Source: Octopus sinensis (lineage: Eukaryota). From it: 64,000 bases of DNA. Location: positions 25,855-89,854 of the forward strand of contig NW_021832843.1 in the NCBI RefSeq assembly GCF_006345805.1, written 5' to 3'. Made by a program: the position numbers and the translations under genes. Of this stretch, positions 40,773 through 54,257 are shown piece by piece; position 1 is the stretch's first letter, and the number at the start of each line of letters is the position of its first letter. The notes beneath the pieces were generated by a model that had not been told where the DNA came from, did not search any database, and saw nothing but the letters and a program-made list of their open reading frames with translations.

Positions 40773-41571
40773 CTCTTCCTTCAGGGGAACCGCTCACAGC
40801 CTCTAACAATATCAGAGACCTGGATGTAATTGTTGATGACGATCTCAGTTGGAGTGCACACATCAACAATAAGGTCGATATAGCTCGTCGGATGAGTTCC
40901 TGGATCTTAAGAACTTTTCGGTCCAGAGAACAAGGTGTCATCATACCACTTTTCTCCTCCTTTGTACGGCCACACCTCGAATACTGCTGCCCACTGTGGT
41001 CTCCCCATACAAGACAAAACATCTCGAGGATTGAATCACCCCATAGGGCACTCACTAAACGAATTGAAGGCATGGCTGCTCTCGATTATTGGGACCGCCT
41101 TAAAGCCTTGAAAGTCTACTCTCTCCAGCGTCCCCGTGAGCGGTACATCATTTGTACGATGTGGAGAATATACCGCCAAATTTGCCCAAACGACCTGAAC
41201 ATTAGCTTCAAGGTTCATCCAAGACTAGGACCACGGGCCATACATCCCCTGCCCAATTCAAGATCACAACATACATGTACACTGCAACATAATTTCTTTT
41301 CCTCAACAGGCCCTGCCCTATTTAACATTGTCCCGAATGAGATCAAAGAGGAAAAGGATCCCATCAACTTTAAACGGAGTCTGGATAGATTCCTTCAAGG
41401 AATACCAGATAAGCCACCCATAATTGGATACAACTCATCCAACAAAAACTCACTACTTGAATGGACCATAAACAAAACTTGACTTAACAGGATTTAGATA
41501 ATCCTATCAGGTGGTGCTATTAAGTTAGACATGGCCTGGACCGAACTTTGGTCGAAACATATCTAAGTTTT
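40773..41571 (+). mobile_element. 5'-truncated CR1-like LINE (family B)
   Basis: ORF reads RDLDVIVDDDLSWSAHI..FVRPHLEYCCPLWSP..YWDRLKALKVYSLQR. The 3' UTR ends CATATCTAAGTTT, and TA-rich sequence lies at both ends. Confidence 0.9.
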
Positions 41572-41574
41572 ATA

Positions 41575-41731
41575 TATACGACGGGCTTCTTTCAGTTTCT
41601 GTATCACTAATACACTCACTAGGCTTTGTTCAACACGAGGCTAGAGTAAGAGAGACTTGCCCAAGGTGCCACACAGTACGACTGAACCTGGAACTATGTG
41701 GATGGTAAGCAAACTTCTTTCTAACAGCCTG

Positions 41732-41775
<44 letters not shown>

Positions 41776-41865
41776 TATATGTATATATATATCTTTTTAC
41801 TCTTTGACTTGTTTCAGTCATTTGACTGCGGCCATGCTGGAGCACCGCCTTTAGTCGAGCACATT
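41575..41865 (-). mobile_element. Family-3 SINE (interrupted by (TA)n)
   Basis: ACGACGGGCTTCTTTCAGTTTC..GCCCAAGGTGCCAC and the tail module. Confidence 0.8.
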
Positions 41866-42016
41866 GACCCCAGTGTTTAACTGGTACTTGATTTATCGAC
41901 CCCAAAAAGATGAAAGGCAAAGTCGACTTCAGCGGAGTTTGAACTCATAACGTAACGGCAGACGAAATACCTCTAAGCATTTCGCCCGGCGTGCTAACGT
42001 TTCTGCCAGCTCACCG
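41866..42016 (-). mobile_element. Family-1 SINE
   Basis: Reverse complement of the head and body. Confidence 0.85.
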
Positions 42017-42033
42017 CGATGTTGTGAGGACAA

Positions 42034-42065
<32 letters not shown>

Positions 42066-42071
42066 ATATAT

Positions 42072-42118
<47 letters not shown>

Positions 42119-42274
42119 AATATATATATATATATATAGCCATATATATATTTATACACTATACATATATACACACACTCATTATCTCACATATACCAAA
42201 ATATATGAATATGTATATGTATGCATAAATGCACACTCACACACACACATACAACCTCATACACACATACACAT

Positions 42275-42313
<39 letters not shown>

Positions 42314-42774
42314 TATATTTTAAACACAAAAGGGAGATTGTACGCTTATGTATTTGTGCTTGATTTGTTTGTCTACATCACTTTATGCATAAATGCACAA
42401 ATGCCTATGACAAAGATACAGATGCACGAATTGTTGTCAATAGATACTCAGACGCTATACGCTCCCATATACTACACATATCTTCAACTGGACTCCCCGT
42501 CCCTCATCCCATCTAATTTCCAAACACCTCCATTGATGTGTTGCCAATGTCAGCTATTTACAGAACAATTTTTAAAATACTGCAACACGTCTCTTTCTGA
42601 CGGCAACAAAATGGATGAATTACTCCGTTTGGCAGCAAAATTAAGCAACATTTTCTTGTCGAGAACATATCATGCATAAAAAACAATTTTTTTTTTTCAC
42701 CATTTCACTCAACAACTAAAAATTTAGCTATTATAACTGCTCCATAGCATTTTCACTTGTTAGAGTGAATGACA

Positions 42775-43005
42775 AGTCTGGCTTGGTCTTGCCCGGTCTA
42801 CCTTGTCTGGCCTGATCTAGTCTAATCTGGTCTGATCTGCTTTGTTCACATCTGGACTGGCTTATTCTGACATGGTCTAACATGGTCTTACCTCGTATGC
42901 TTAACTCTGGCTTGGTCTTATCTGATCTAGTCTAGTCTCTTTTAGTCTGTTGCAGTCAGTTCTGGTTTTATCAGATTTGGTCTCATCTGCTTTGAACTGT
43001 CTTTT
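42775..43005. repeat. Degenerate 5-bp tandem repeat (TCTGG/TCTAG/TCTGA)
   Basis: Runs such as GTCTGGCCTGATCTAGTCTAATCTGGTCTGATCTG. Confidence 0.75.
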
Positions 43006-43136
43006 ATGGTCTATTATAAAGAAAGAAGAAAAAAACGAAGGAAGTACTGGAGTTCATTTGATTCATTAAACCTTCCAAGGTGATGCTACAGTTGTGGTCT
43101 ATGAACTGAAACAAATAAAAAAAAATTTAAATGTGT

Positions 43137-43234
<98 letters not shown>

Positions 43235-44269
43235 GCACGTGTATGTATATATTATTTCTTCCATGTGAGGAAATAATATATACATGGCTGTACTTTCTTG
43301 GTGGTTTAAGAAAGCAGCGTTATATTTGAGAGAAACTTGCTTGCTAAATCTATGAGATCGAGAAAGCCTGCAATCCTTTCTTTCGTTGACTTAATTTTCT
43401 ATTTCATATAAAGAATGAACAAAATATAGGCTGAAGGTATAAGATTGTACGTTACTTCAGTGATATAGTTACACTTAAAAGTAATGTTCTCCGCCACATA
43501 TACGTATACATACGAGTGTAAAGCATAGAGTCGTATTAGCAGATATAATGAAGTCAAACCAAATAGTGATATTTTGAAATCATTTAATACGAACGTTTCT
43601 GTTTTACGTAATATAAATCGAAACGCATCCTCTAGTTAAACCTTCTTCAGTTAAAGTATTTCAGGTACAGAAATTCATGGAAAAATTTCAATATATTTCG
43701 TTTGAGCAATAAGTCAGTAATTAAGTTTGGAGGATAGATATGTCAGCATGTGTGTGTGTGTCCATACGTCCTGACATGGAATAGAGAATCCATCTCGGGG
43801 CACATTTCTGTTCCTCCTTCTCCAGGAAACATAACTTAATAAGAAATATGAGTTGGCAAGGTATTTTTTCAACAATGCATACGCTGCATCCAGGAAAATT
43901 ATAAATACTCATTATATAATATATATATATATATATATTAAGGTATGTAGAAAAATACAACATGGACAAGAACGTATAACTCTAGAAGACGACACAATAA
44001 ACATGGACAGGACATTCGAACCCCTCAGTCTTCAGTCAAAGAACCGGATCATCGTAGTAATTTCGGCTGATTAATCTTGAGATTACTAGATCACGGCCAG
44101 CCCTCCAAGAAAAACTAAGCAACGAGCATTAGAAAAAACTAGCGGAAGCGTAGGATTTCCTGGAAGAAGGATCGAATGCATACGAACACCAGGGCAGCAA
44201 GGACACACAGACACACAGGTACAGAGACATTTTGCCGTTTATATATATATATATTATTATATATATATA

Positions 44270-44310
<41 letters not shown>

Positions 44311-44312
44311 TG

Positions 44313-44371
<59 letters not shown>

Positions 44372-44374
44372 GAT

Positions 44375-44700
44375 ATATAAACGGCAAAATGTCTCTGTAA
44401 CTGTGTGTCTGTGTGTCCTTTATACAATTCCACAGTTTTCACGTTAAAAGCTCGCATTTCCTATCGGCTTTCAAAGCTGTCTGAGCGGGGTCATAAAGAC
44501 CTTTTCATTTCCCCAGTCATCCCAGAAAGCCATTAAAAAATTCGATAAACAGACCCCTTATGCCCATAATTTCTGGGCATATCCATTCAAAATCGCTAAA
44601 ACATAGAAATTTACCCTTGACAGTTGAATGCGCATGCGCATTTGCAGACAGTCTGTATGACTCAGCGCATTTTTGTGTTTTGCGAAGACGCGTTATCATG
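44375..44700 (+). mobile_element. Helitron-family non-autonomous element homologous to 8760-9119; 3' end not identified
   Basis: Shared blocks AAACGGCAAAATG, CCTTTATACAA, CATTTCCCCAGTCA and GCGCATG. Confidence 0.65.
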
Positions 44701-45766
44701 TGTTTTGGCTTTCAAACGTGAACGCTTTTTTTATTTGAGAAATGCAGGGAATAATTAACAAGTTAGGAAACTCCAAAGCTACATTCTTCAATGGTCCTTA
44801 ATCCAATTCAGTTGTCCTCCTCCGAAACAAACCCACCATGCACATCTCCCCGGCCAATTTCCTCTACAGCCATGTCATTTAGAACCCCTAGGATGGGTTA
44901 GTGATAGATCGGGATTAGAAGCTGCCTATTAGAGGCTCCCGAGCCCCCTTCCATAAGGTTAGTCTAGGTTTTAGTTGTAGGTGTAGTTGTGTTCCGAACC
45001 TAACCTCCTCCGTTTCAGTGGATCGGAAGCCCAAATTAGCCTTCCAGCGAAAAGGTATACCTATTATTTATACCTTAGTTAACCTTGATGTCTTACGTGC
45101 TTCTATGCGTCATGAACTTATAACTATTAACCTTATTGCGTTACTTGCTTCAATGCGTCATACTCATAAAATCACTTTGAATGCTGTTTTTTGTGCTCTA
45201 ATTGCTCTGCCTGTTCGCCGGAATCAGCACTTTTCTTCCCACCATTGCTATTCACTCAAAGGACGAAGGCGTTAGGTGAGGGGGGTGTCAAAAGAGCTGG
45301 CATGTGCAACTTGGTCACCTCTACCAGTCAAACTTTCAACCCATGCGTTCCCGTCGCGACAGAACTGGGTTGGGTGTGAAATCAAAACTCAACAAACGAA
45401 AATTATGTGTATTTTCAAAATCATGCTATTTGCGGCCAAATTCGAGTTTTTCGCTTTTTTCTGCCTTCTTTTTTGTCCGACTAATGGCATGTGCACAGTC
45501 CCGCTGATTTTCCATGATTATGCCGTTCCAGGTGTGAAAACCCAAGTCCAATGAATATTAATTACTCTCATAAAAAGCTCCAACTAGCTCATAAACAACA
45601 AAACTGAGCTCTTGATTTAGTGAGAAATGTTTACTGTGACCCAGCAACGAACAACAAGCACTAGCACTAGACACCCCCCCCCCGGCAACGAGAAGCATGT
45701 AAAGACAAGCGCCTTATGGATGCGAAACCTTAGGAAACCCTACAAACCGGCTGTGTCTGTGTGTGT

Positions 45767-45804
<38 letters not shown>

Positions 45805-46067
45805 TGTGTGTGCGCGTGTGTGTTTATGTATCCAACATTTTTAAGTGTTTTAACCCAGAAAAGTCTTGCACAATGGATGCATTTCCTGATATAAATTACA
45901 ACTTGCATGTATATACATACATACACACACACACAAGCATGCACACATACATACACAAACCACTTTCTCTCTCTCTCTCCTTCTCTCTCTTTCTCTCTCA
46001 ATCTCTCTCTCTCTTTTATATATATATTATATATATATGTGTGTGTGTGTGTATTATATTATATATT

Positions 46068-46125
<58 letters not shown>

Positions 46126-46175
46126 CAGATAAATAGATATGTGTTTTGTTTAGATATAATATTGGTATGTATAGA

Positions 46176-46220
<45 letters not shown>

Positions 46221-46225
<5 letters not shown>

Positions 46226-46742
46226 TAGAAAACTTAGATATGTTTCGACCAAAGATTGGTCCAGGCCATGTCTAACTTAATAGCACCACTGATAGGATTA
46301 TTCGAATCCTGTTTAAGTAAGTTTTGTTCAAGTAGTGAGTTCTTGTTGGGTGAGTTGTATCCAATTATGGGTGGCTTATCTGGTATTCTTTGAAGGAATA
46401 TATCCATACTCTGTTTAAAGTGATGGGATCCTTTTCCTCTTTGATCTCCCTCGGGGAAATGTTAAATAGGGCAGGGCCTGTTGAGGAAAAGAAATTATGT
46501 TGCAGTGTACATGTATGTGTGATCTTGAATTGGGCAGGGGAACGACTATAGCCGTGGTTCAAGTCTTGGATGAACCTTGAAGCTAATGTTTAGGTCGTTT
46601 GGGCAAAGTTGGCGGTATATTCTCCACATCGTACAATGAATATGTACCGCTCACGGCGACGCTGGAGGGAGTAAAGTTTCAGGCTTTAAGGCGATCCCAA
46701 TAATCGAGAGCAGCCCATGCTTCAATTTGTTTAGTGAGAGCC

Positions 46743-46745
<3 letters not shown>
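46221..46745 (-). mobile_element. 5'-truncated CR1-like LINE (family B), inverted relative to 40773-41571
   Basis: Reverse complement closely matches about 41040-41571. The tail is tandem TCTAAGTTT, and (TA)n flanks both sides. Confidence 0.92.
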
Positions 46746-46819
<74 letters not shown>

Positions 46820-46864
46820 TATATATTATATATACATATTATATACATACATATTTTATTATTA

Positions 46865-47813
46865 GAATTGCGTCTGGTGCTCACAGGCCTCTACCTGTCG
46901 GGCAATAGGATCGGTAGATGTTCCGCTTTAGAAATTTATTAAAGATTAGTGGTGGGAAATGCGACGACGTCCTCGGAGTGACTCTGGGTGCCGACGAGAA
47001 CGAACTGGCTAGTCTGTTTCGGAGGACTTTCTGGTCGGGATATATCACGGATATTTTCCAGGTGTCCTTGGCCTGGCAGTGCTACTGGTGGGCGCAACCG
47101 GTTCGAGATAATCTCTACACGTACAGACGTGTTGTCAGACGGGCTTGTCCGAGATGCGTGTAGTGTGATGAAACCGTTCTGCACGCCCGCGTTCAGGCAA
47201 TGTCCGGGCATCGCTGACTTGTCGGATTATGTCGAACAGCTGCCGTCACGCGTGAGACGAATCCGTCAGTCAGCCGTGTCTGTATTAGTGATCGCACTAT
47301 CTCCCTCCTTCAATCGGGCGGGGAAGGCAGTTTTCCTTTGCCGGATGGCTGTGGCAAAGAAGTTGTTTAGTGGACAAGGCTGAAAGGCGTGAGAACGAGA
47401 GTGGAGGGGGAAGTGCTGTCTTCGAGTGAGTTTATTGAAAGGTAGGTGAAAGTTGCGAAAATGGCAAGAGTGGATGGTGCCTCTCTAAGTGTAGACCTTT
47501 TAGTTGGAGAGAAGGAATAGGGGAGGGCATTTGCTCTTGGGGCTCCAGGGAAATCTTGGACAGTGGGGTTCCTCGATTATCCCTAGAGGCCTTCCTGTAT
47601 CAGGAGGTCCGCATCTCTGTCATTCTCCCCCGCCACTTTTTTAACCTTTGTATGCTATGCAAATGTGGCCCTTCTTTTTAAGTGTATAACCCTGTATATT
47701 TAATTTCTTTCTTTTTTAATTACTTTTAATTCATTATATGTAAACCCCCACACTTTATATCTGTCTTTGTATTGTCTCCCTCATCATTCGCCCTTGTGAC
47801 AAATAAATGAAAT
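46865..47813 (+). mobile_element. 5'-truncated Tx1/L1-clade LINE (C-terminal zinc knuckle plus 3' UTR)
   Basis: PVRDNLY..RACPRC..CDETVLHA.VQ..C (CCHC-type) with frameshifts. The 3' end GCCCTTGTGACAAATAAATGAAAT is followed by (CAT)n(TAT)n. Confidence 0.78.
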
Positions 47814-47851
47814 CATCATCATCATCATCGTCATTATTATTATTATTATTA

Positions 47852-47930
<79 letters not shown>

Positions 47931-47931
<1 letters not shown>

Positions 47932-48389
47932 GAGTGAGAGGGCAGTGCTTGCCATCAAAGTGACACTGAGGTGAAATGTACGAAGCCCAGTATACCCATC
48001 ATGACTACCCGTCTGATAAGGGTACACCAGGCACATGCATCACAACCATATGTGTGCGAAATGGTGATCTCATATCAAGATAAACAGCACATGACCTTGC
48101 AGGTGGGGCCCAGTTAGAATTTTCTTCTGGTCGAGTACCCCATCCCTCTCAAAAGGTCCCTGAATAAGGATTGTTTAAGGATGATGAACGAAACACCCAT
48201 GTTTCCAAGGGTGAATCATCCAAACCCCAAAGAATCCCTCTCAACACATGACTATGATGCTCCTCCACTACGTCTGCTCGTGATCAGAGATGCACATATC
48301 ATCAGCCACTAAGGGACATGTTCAACTGGTTAAGGTTAAGCAACTGACAAGCAAATCTGTGGTATTGAGCAGAAATATTTGCTGTAGCC

Positions 48390-48391
<2 letters not shown>
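47931..48391 (-). mobile_element. Non-coding element in (TAA)n, 5'-truncated copy
   Basis: Reverse complement matches about 60650-61100, with the same 3' end CTCTCACTCA abutting (TAA)n. Confidence 0.88.
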
Positions 48392-48435
<44 letters not shown>

Positions 48436-48460
48436 TATTATTATTATATTATTATATTTA

Positions 48461-48517
<57 letters not shown>

Positions 48518-48534
48518 TATTATTATTATATTTA

Positions 48535-48597
<63 letters not shown>

Positions 48598-48618
48598 TTA
48601 TCATTATTATTATTATTA

Positions 48619-48654
<36 letters not shown>

Positions 48655-49181
48655 GCACTTTCACTCTTTTACTTGTTTCCCTCATTCAACAACCGAAATA
48701 CTCAAGCAACACTCTGAAGAATTAGTCGAGCAAATCGAATCCAGTACTTATTTTAATTCTTGTAATATACTGAGACGAAAACAAACCAACACCGTTTAAA
48801 AGTAGGGAGAGGGAAAAATCACCATGACTCAAACACAAATAATCCCATATATTCATACACAAACTCACACACGTATACATACATACATACATACATACAT
48901 ACATACATACATACATACGACGACCTTCCACATACCTTTAGTGTACGAAATTAGCCCACAAGCCATTAGTCAATCCGAGATTATAAGAGAAGACACTTGC
49001 CCAAGGTGTTGTGTTGTGGACTGGAGCGAACTTCCTAACCTCACAGCTAGGCTTACGCTTTTTTTTTTCAGTAACTGTTTGATGTATTAATGAAGGGTCA
49101 GCGGCACTGAAGAGGATAATGACTAGCGTTGAGTTTTGGGAAAATGTTAGATGACATGGAGAACTTGAAGCATTCTTAATA

Positions 49182-49740
49182 TTGGGTTGTCCGGAAAGTT
49201 CGTGCCGATTTTTAAAGGAAAGGAAAAGGTCAATAAATACTTGCCATTACATTCTTAATCAACCAAATATCAACCATTTTGTTGCACAATGCGTCTCCAT
49301 CTTTCCTTTAACTTGAAAATACCCTCTTCCCAGAATTGAGGTGGTTTCATAGCAATGAATTCATCAAGAAAATCTTTTTACGTCATCCAAGGAATTGAAA
49401 TTTTTACCATTAAGACTATTCTGCAGAGATCTGAATAAGGGAAAATCCAAAGGAACAATATCTGGTGAATGGGGAAATGCATCCCAACCGAGCTGCAGCA
49501 ATTTTTATCTGATTCCCAAAGCATCAAGTGCCGAAAATGAACTTTCTTATCTTCCATTTTAAAGGGTTACAAAATTAACACAGGCTATAGGAACATGAGC
49601 CTTCTTCCACGAAAAGATAGCTTAAGCTGTTCTCTAAATGAAGGTGTAGTCAAATCCTATTTTATGAACTCAACCATGTTCTAAAATGAGACGAAAGGTA
49701 AGCTGCTTATAAATCGGCACGAACTTTCCGGACAACCCAA
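49182..49740 (-). mobile_element. Non-autonomous mariner deletion derivative (third family)
   Basis: 30-bp TIRs TTGGGTTGTCCGGAAAGTTCGTGCCGATTT. Residual C-terminal peptide KPPQFWEEGIFKLKERWRRIVQQNG. Left flank is TA; right flank is CA. Confidence 0.9.
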
Positions 49741-49759
49741 CAGTTACCTATAATTAGTG

Positions 49760-50330
49760 CCGGTTGTCAAAATGCCGACATCATGACTGCTACCCAATGC
49801 TTTGTAAACTCCGTAAAGGCTATAAGACGTGACATAGACAGCTGCGACGGAGAATATGAAGCTGAAACCAGCAGGAAGGGACATAGCAGGTGTTCGGACT
49901 GAACCGCACGCCGGATTTTATCTCCACATCTTTGTGTAGTGCCTTAAGCTCAATTCAGATGCTGCTGGAGGCTGGGATCGAACCTTAATTGGAGGGCTTC
50001 GCTGCTGGAAACCCATATGCGCGTGGCAGCAGGAATCGGTTCTTTGTCATGCCTCTGGAAAGAGTTAGACGTGGTTGTCATAGAATTTCGAGGACATCAC
50101 CCAAATTTTTGGTCTCCTAATTCCCTCAATTGTAATCCCATGAATCGGTATGTGTGTGACGTGTTTAAGAAAGGCACTAACCTTTCTGCGAGTTGGTGAC
50201 GAAGATAAGGAAGTTGTTGGGAAGATCTTCCCAGGGTCACAGTGAGGAACGCATGGGCCTGATTCCGGGCAATTACTTTGAAGAAACTGTTATCTCTTGG
50301 CCATAATCTAGTTGATATTTCTTGAAATTT
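49760..50330 (+). pseudogene. Relic Tc1/mariner-superfamily transposase fragment
   Basis: FWSPNSLNCNPMNRYVCDV resembles the WPPNSPDLNPLDY motif, with a GNYFE-like terminus downstream. No TIRs were found. Confidence 0.5.
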
Positions 50331-50431
50331 TAGAATGCTTTATTTTTGAATAGGGTATTGTGCTGTCTTTTCCTTTTATGCAAACTGTCAAATTTAGCCC
50401 GAACAACTTGTATATATATACGTGTGTTTCA

Positions 50432-50823
50432 GGCGGCGAGCTGGCAGAAACGTTAGCACGCCGGGCGAAATGCTTAGCAGTATTTCGTCTGCCGCTACGT
50501 TCTGAGTTCAAATTTCGCCGAGGTCGACTTTGCCTTTCATCCTTTCGGGGTCGATTAAATAAGTACCAGTGACGCACTGGGGTCGATATAATCGACTTAA
50601 TCCGTTTGTCTGTCCTTGTTTGTCTCCTCTGTGTTTAGCCCCTGTGGGTAGTAAAGAAACAGGTATTTCGTCTTACGTTCTGAGTTCAAATTCCACCGAG
50701 ATCTACTTTGCCTTTCATCCTTTCGGGGTTGATAAATTAAGTACCAGTTGCGTATTTAGGTCGATCTAATTGACTAGCCCCCTCCCCCCAAATTTCGAGC
50801 CTTGTGCCTAGAGTAGAAAGGAA
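50432..50823 (+). mobile_element. Dimeric family-1 SINE
   Basis: Same architecture as 1968-2367. Confidence 0.93.
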
Positions 50824-50877
50824 TATACATATGTGTGTTTGTCTGTGTGTGTGCATGAGTGTACGTGTATGTTTGTA

Positions 50878-50926
<49 letters not shown>

Positions 50927-51180
50927 CGATACATACATGCACGCATACATAAACATACATATGTGTATGTTTATGCATACATGGCCCTTTTTTATTTAAG
51001 ACCACCCACTGGTGTTCTTGGGTGCATTTTGCAGAGCCCATCCTTTTGCAAGTTTAAGTGTCTGTGTTAGGACTGCATTACACCCTCCACCTATCTCTTA
51101 CGTCCCTTCCTCCAGTCTCGGAAGCTCATGACATGACTAAGCACTTATGTGTGTGTGTGCGCGCGTGTGTGTGTGTGTGT

Positions 51181-51212
<32 letters not shown>

Positions 51213-51685
51213 TGGCATGCATGCGAACTCATCTACACACAGACACAAGGACGAGTCATATACATATTTTATAGATATAGATGTAGATCTATATATACAT
51301 ATATATATTTATATATATACATATATATATAGTTATATATAATATATATTATTATGTATGTTATATGTTATATATATATATACACATATATATATATACA
51401 TATATATATATATGTGTGTGTGTGTGTATGTATGTATTGTATATATATATATATACATATATATATGTATATATACATATATATTACACATATATATGTG
51501 TGTGTATGTATATATATACATATATATAATACATATATATATATAATATATATATTATATATATATGTATGTCTGTATATATATATATATATTATGTATA
51601 TGTATATATCTATACATATACATATATACATATACCATATATACATATATATATATATCGCACACACACACATATATATATAGAG

Positions 51686-51732
<47 letters not shown>

Positions 51733-51761
51733 GATATAAATATATATACACATATATATAA

Positions 51762-51815
<54 letters not shown>

Positions 51816-53431
51816 AGCCGGGGTGTGTTAAAAATTACAACAATGTTAAACAAAACTGCAACTTTATAATTACTTTATTGCTTACAGATCCAAAGTATTT
51901 CATATTTTCTGCAATTATCCAAGTCATGTCATAAAGTTATTTAAACACACACCAATTACTTCGTCTAACAAACCCCAAACCCAGCACATTTCCTCATTTT
52001 TCTTTTACATCTCTTACTGTATTTCTCATAGTGCAGACAGTTGATGGCGTCATATATTGAAGAAGCAGCGTATACTTTCATTAAGGATATTATGTTATTA
52101 TATAACATATAAGAATTAAATGTTTGTGATTTTTATTGTATATGTACTATAGGAGTGGATTCTTAATGGCAGTTATCGTGTTTAATATCCCGTAGTGTTG
52201 TATAAAGAACCAATTGTATCTGATAATGTATATATTAAGGATTCTTTCTAAGGAAAAACTAAACGACTTCAATGTACTTATTTTCATGTAAAAAATTGGC
52301 AAATTGTGTATTTAGATGCATTGACATATACTTGTTTCAACGTGCAACGTTACACTTACAAGTTTGCATACAAACAAATATAAAACACACACACAGTTAT
52401 ATGTATACATAGATATATGTGTGTGTGCATATACATATATATGTGCACGCACAAACACACGCGCACACACGCATATCTATATATATGTATAGATACATAC
52501 ATGTTTGTGTATACATATAAATTCGGCATCTTTGTGTGTCTACTACGTAGGATTACACACGCATACACACACACAAACGTACACATGCATACATTTACAT
52601 ACGTGCATACAGATATATATATATACATTACGTGTGTATGTGTCTATTTAGACTATTGAAGATATACACACATTTCGATTTTCAGAGAAATATCTGAATA
52701 TATGCAGTATACGTATGAATAAATGTATGCATGTACATATTCACACACATATATTTTCATACATCCATATATATATATACGCAATTTATATATACACACA
52801 TTTTATATACATATATATACATATGTATATAACATGGTATATACACGTTTATATAACGTATTTATACATGCATATATATATACACGCACAAACATACACA
52901 CAAACACACCTTACATTACATGCGCTGGTGTGAATTGCAATTATCGGGAAAAAATCCTGAATGCTATTAAATCTAGCGCGATTATATTTATTGAAAGCTG
53001 TGACTGCGTGAGTTGCTGCTCGAAGTTTCTCGTTTCTGCTGCGCTCGTCAGACGACTAAATGCCAGCAACTGGAAACTAGTTTAAACACAGGGTTTGCTG
53101 GAGGGCAAGAGAACTATCAGGACTATCAGACACTAGAACAGTTGTCTTCATAATAATTCGCAAGTGCTTTGTTAATCGATTCTAAATCTTCTTTTTCATA
53201 AATCACATCCTTCTCTATTTCAAACGTGCAAACATGCAGTTTTTTCTAAAAAGAAAAAAAAATTAAGAAAAGAAAAAAAGTAAAAACTGCTGCTCATGCG
53301 CAGAATTGGGAACTACATGTCGTCCGACGCAATGAGGTCCTCTTCTGCTTAACGCCCATCTTGCTTTCTATCTTTGACTTCAATTACTCTTTCTCTTTTT
53401 TTCTTTTTTTCTTTTTTCTTTTTCCTCGTAG

Positions 53432-53501
53432 CAGTCAGCCATTCCTTTCTACCTCCATCTTTTTCATATCATAACAAACGCTGGGTTGGCGCTCCTGAGA
53501 G
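53432..53501 (+). other. Candidate short spliced exon (probably non-coding or UTR)
   Basis: About 45-nt pyrimidine tract plus TAG|CAG acceptor and GAG|GTGAGA donor at 53502. Confidence 0.3.
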
Positions 53502-54257
53502 GTGAGATTTCGATCCCTTCAGTTTCTTGGAGTGAGGATGAAGGTACATCCTCTGCCATTTGCGAAGCTTCCACCGTTGGTGCCCTCGGAACAACAGTCC
53601 TCAGAATCTGATGTTAGTGTGTTCTCATTTTTGTTCTCCGCTCTCCTTGTCTCTTGCTTTCTTTCTTTCTTTCTCCCTCTCTTTTTATCTTTCTTTCTCT
53701 CTCCCTCTCTCCCCCCCTCTCTCTCTCTCTATCTATCTATCTATCTGTCTTTCTCTGACGTAGTTTTTACTGCTACAACTATAATAATTCGTCTGTTTAC
53801 CTCACACCGACAGTCTCGTGGCTTTTGTTTCCGCACCAACCTCAGAAGAAAGCTCGAAAATACAGTTCTATGTTTTTCAAATATGACAAGGTCTTGTAAG
53901 TCTTTGCTAACTCTCATCACCTCGCCTACATTTTACTACAAATGTGACAAGGTGCACAACTTAATGTAGTTCCGTTACTCCTGATTACAACACTTGTCAT
54001 GCACTGGACCGATGTGCTTCAGTACAAACATATGAGCACGCACACATCCTATCAGTGCCACGGTAATAAGGGCCAGTCAGAGACCACCTTATGGAAGTAG
54101 TTCTGTGTCGCCATATGAAAGAGATCCGCACCTCCTGTTATAAAAGAGTTCCATGGTTATCTTGCGAAAGGACACCATCTTTAAGTTATAGATGACTTCT
54201 TTCGTTGGCTTCTGAATGTATTCAGCTGATGTTTTGTGAAACAAAGTTCTTCGTCAG

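Noticed and set aside
44005-44045. Minus-strand CTGAAGA..CGAATGTC in a short repeat
   Set aside because: GAAAC is broken and stem I does not pair; too decayed to call.
53011-53056. Minus-strand CTGACGA-GCGCAGCA-GAAAC hammerhead-like core
   Set aside because: No GT(H) to close stem III and no partner for stem I; probably chance.
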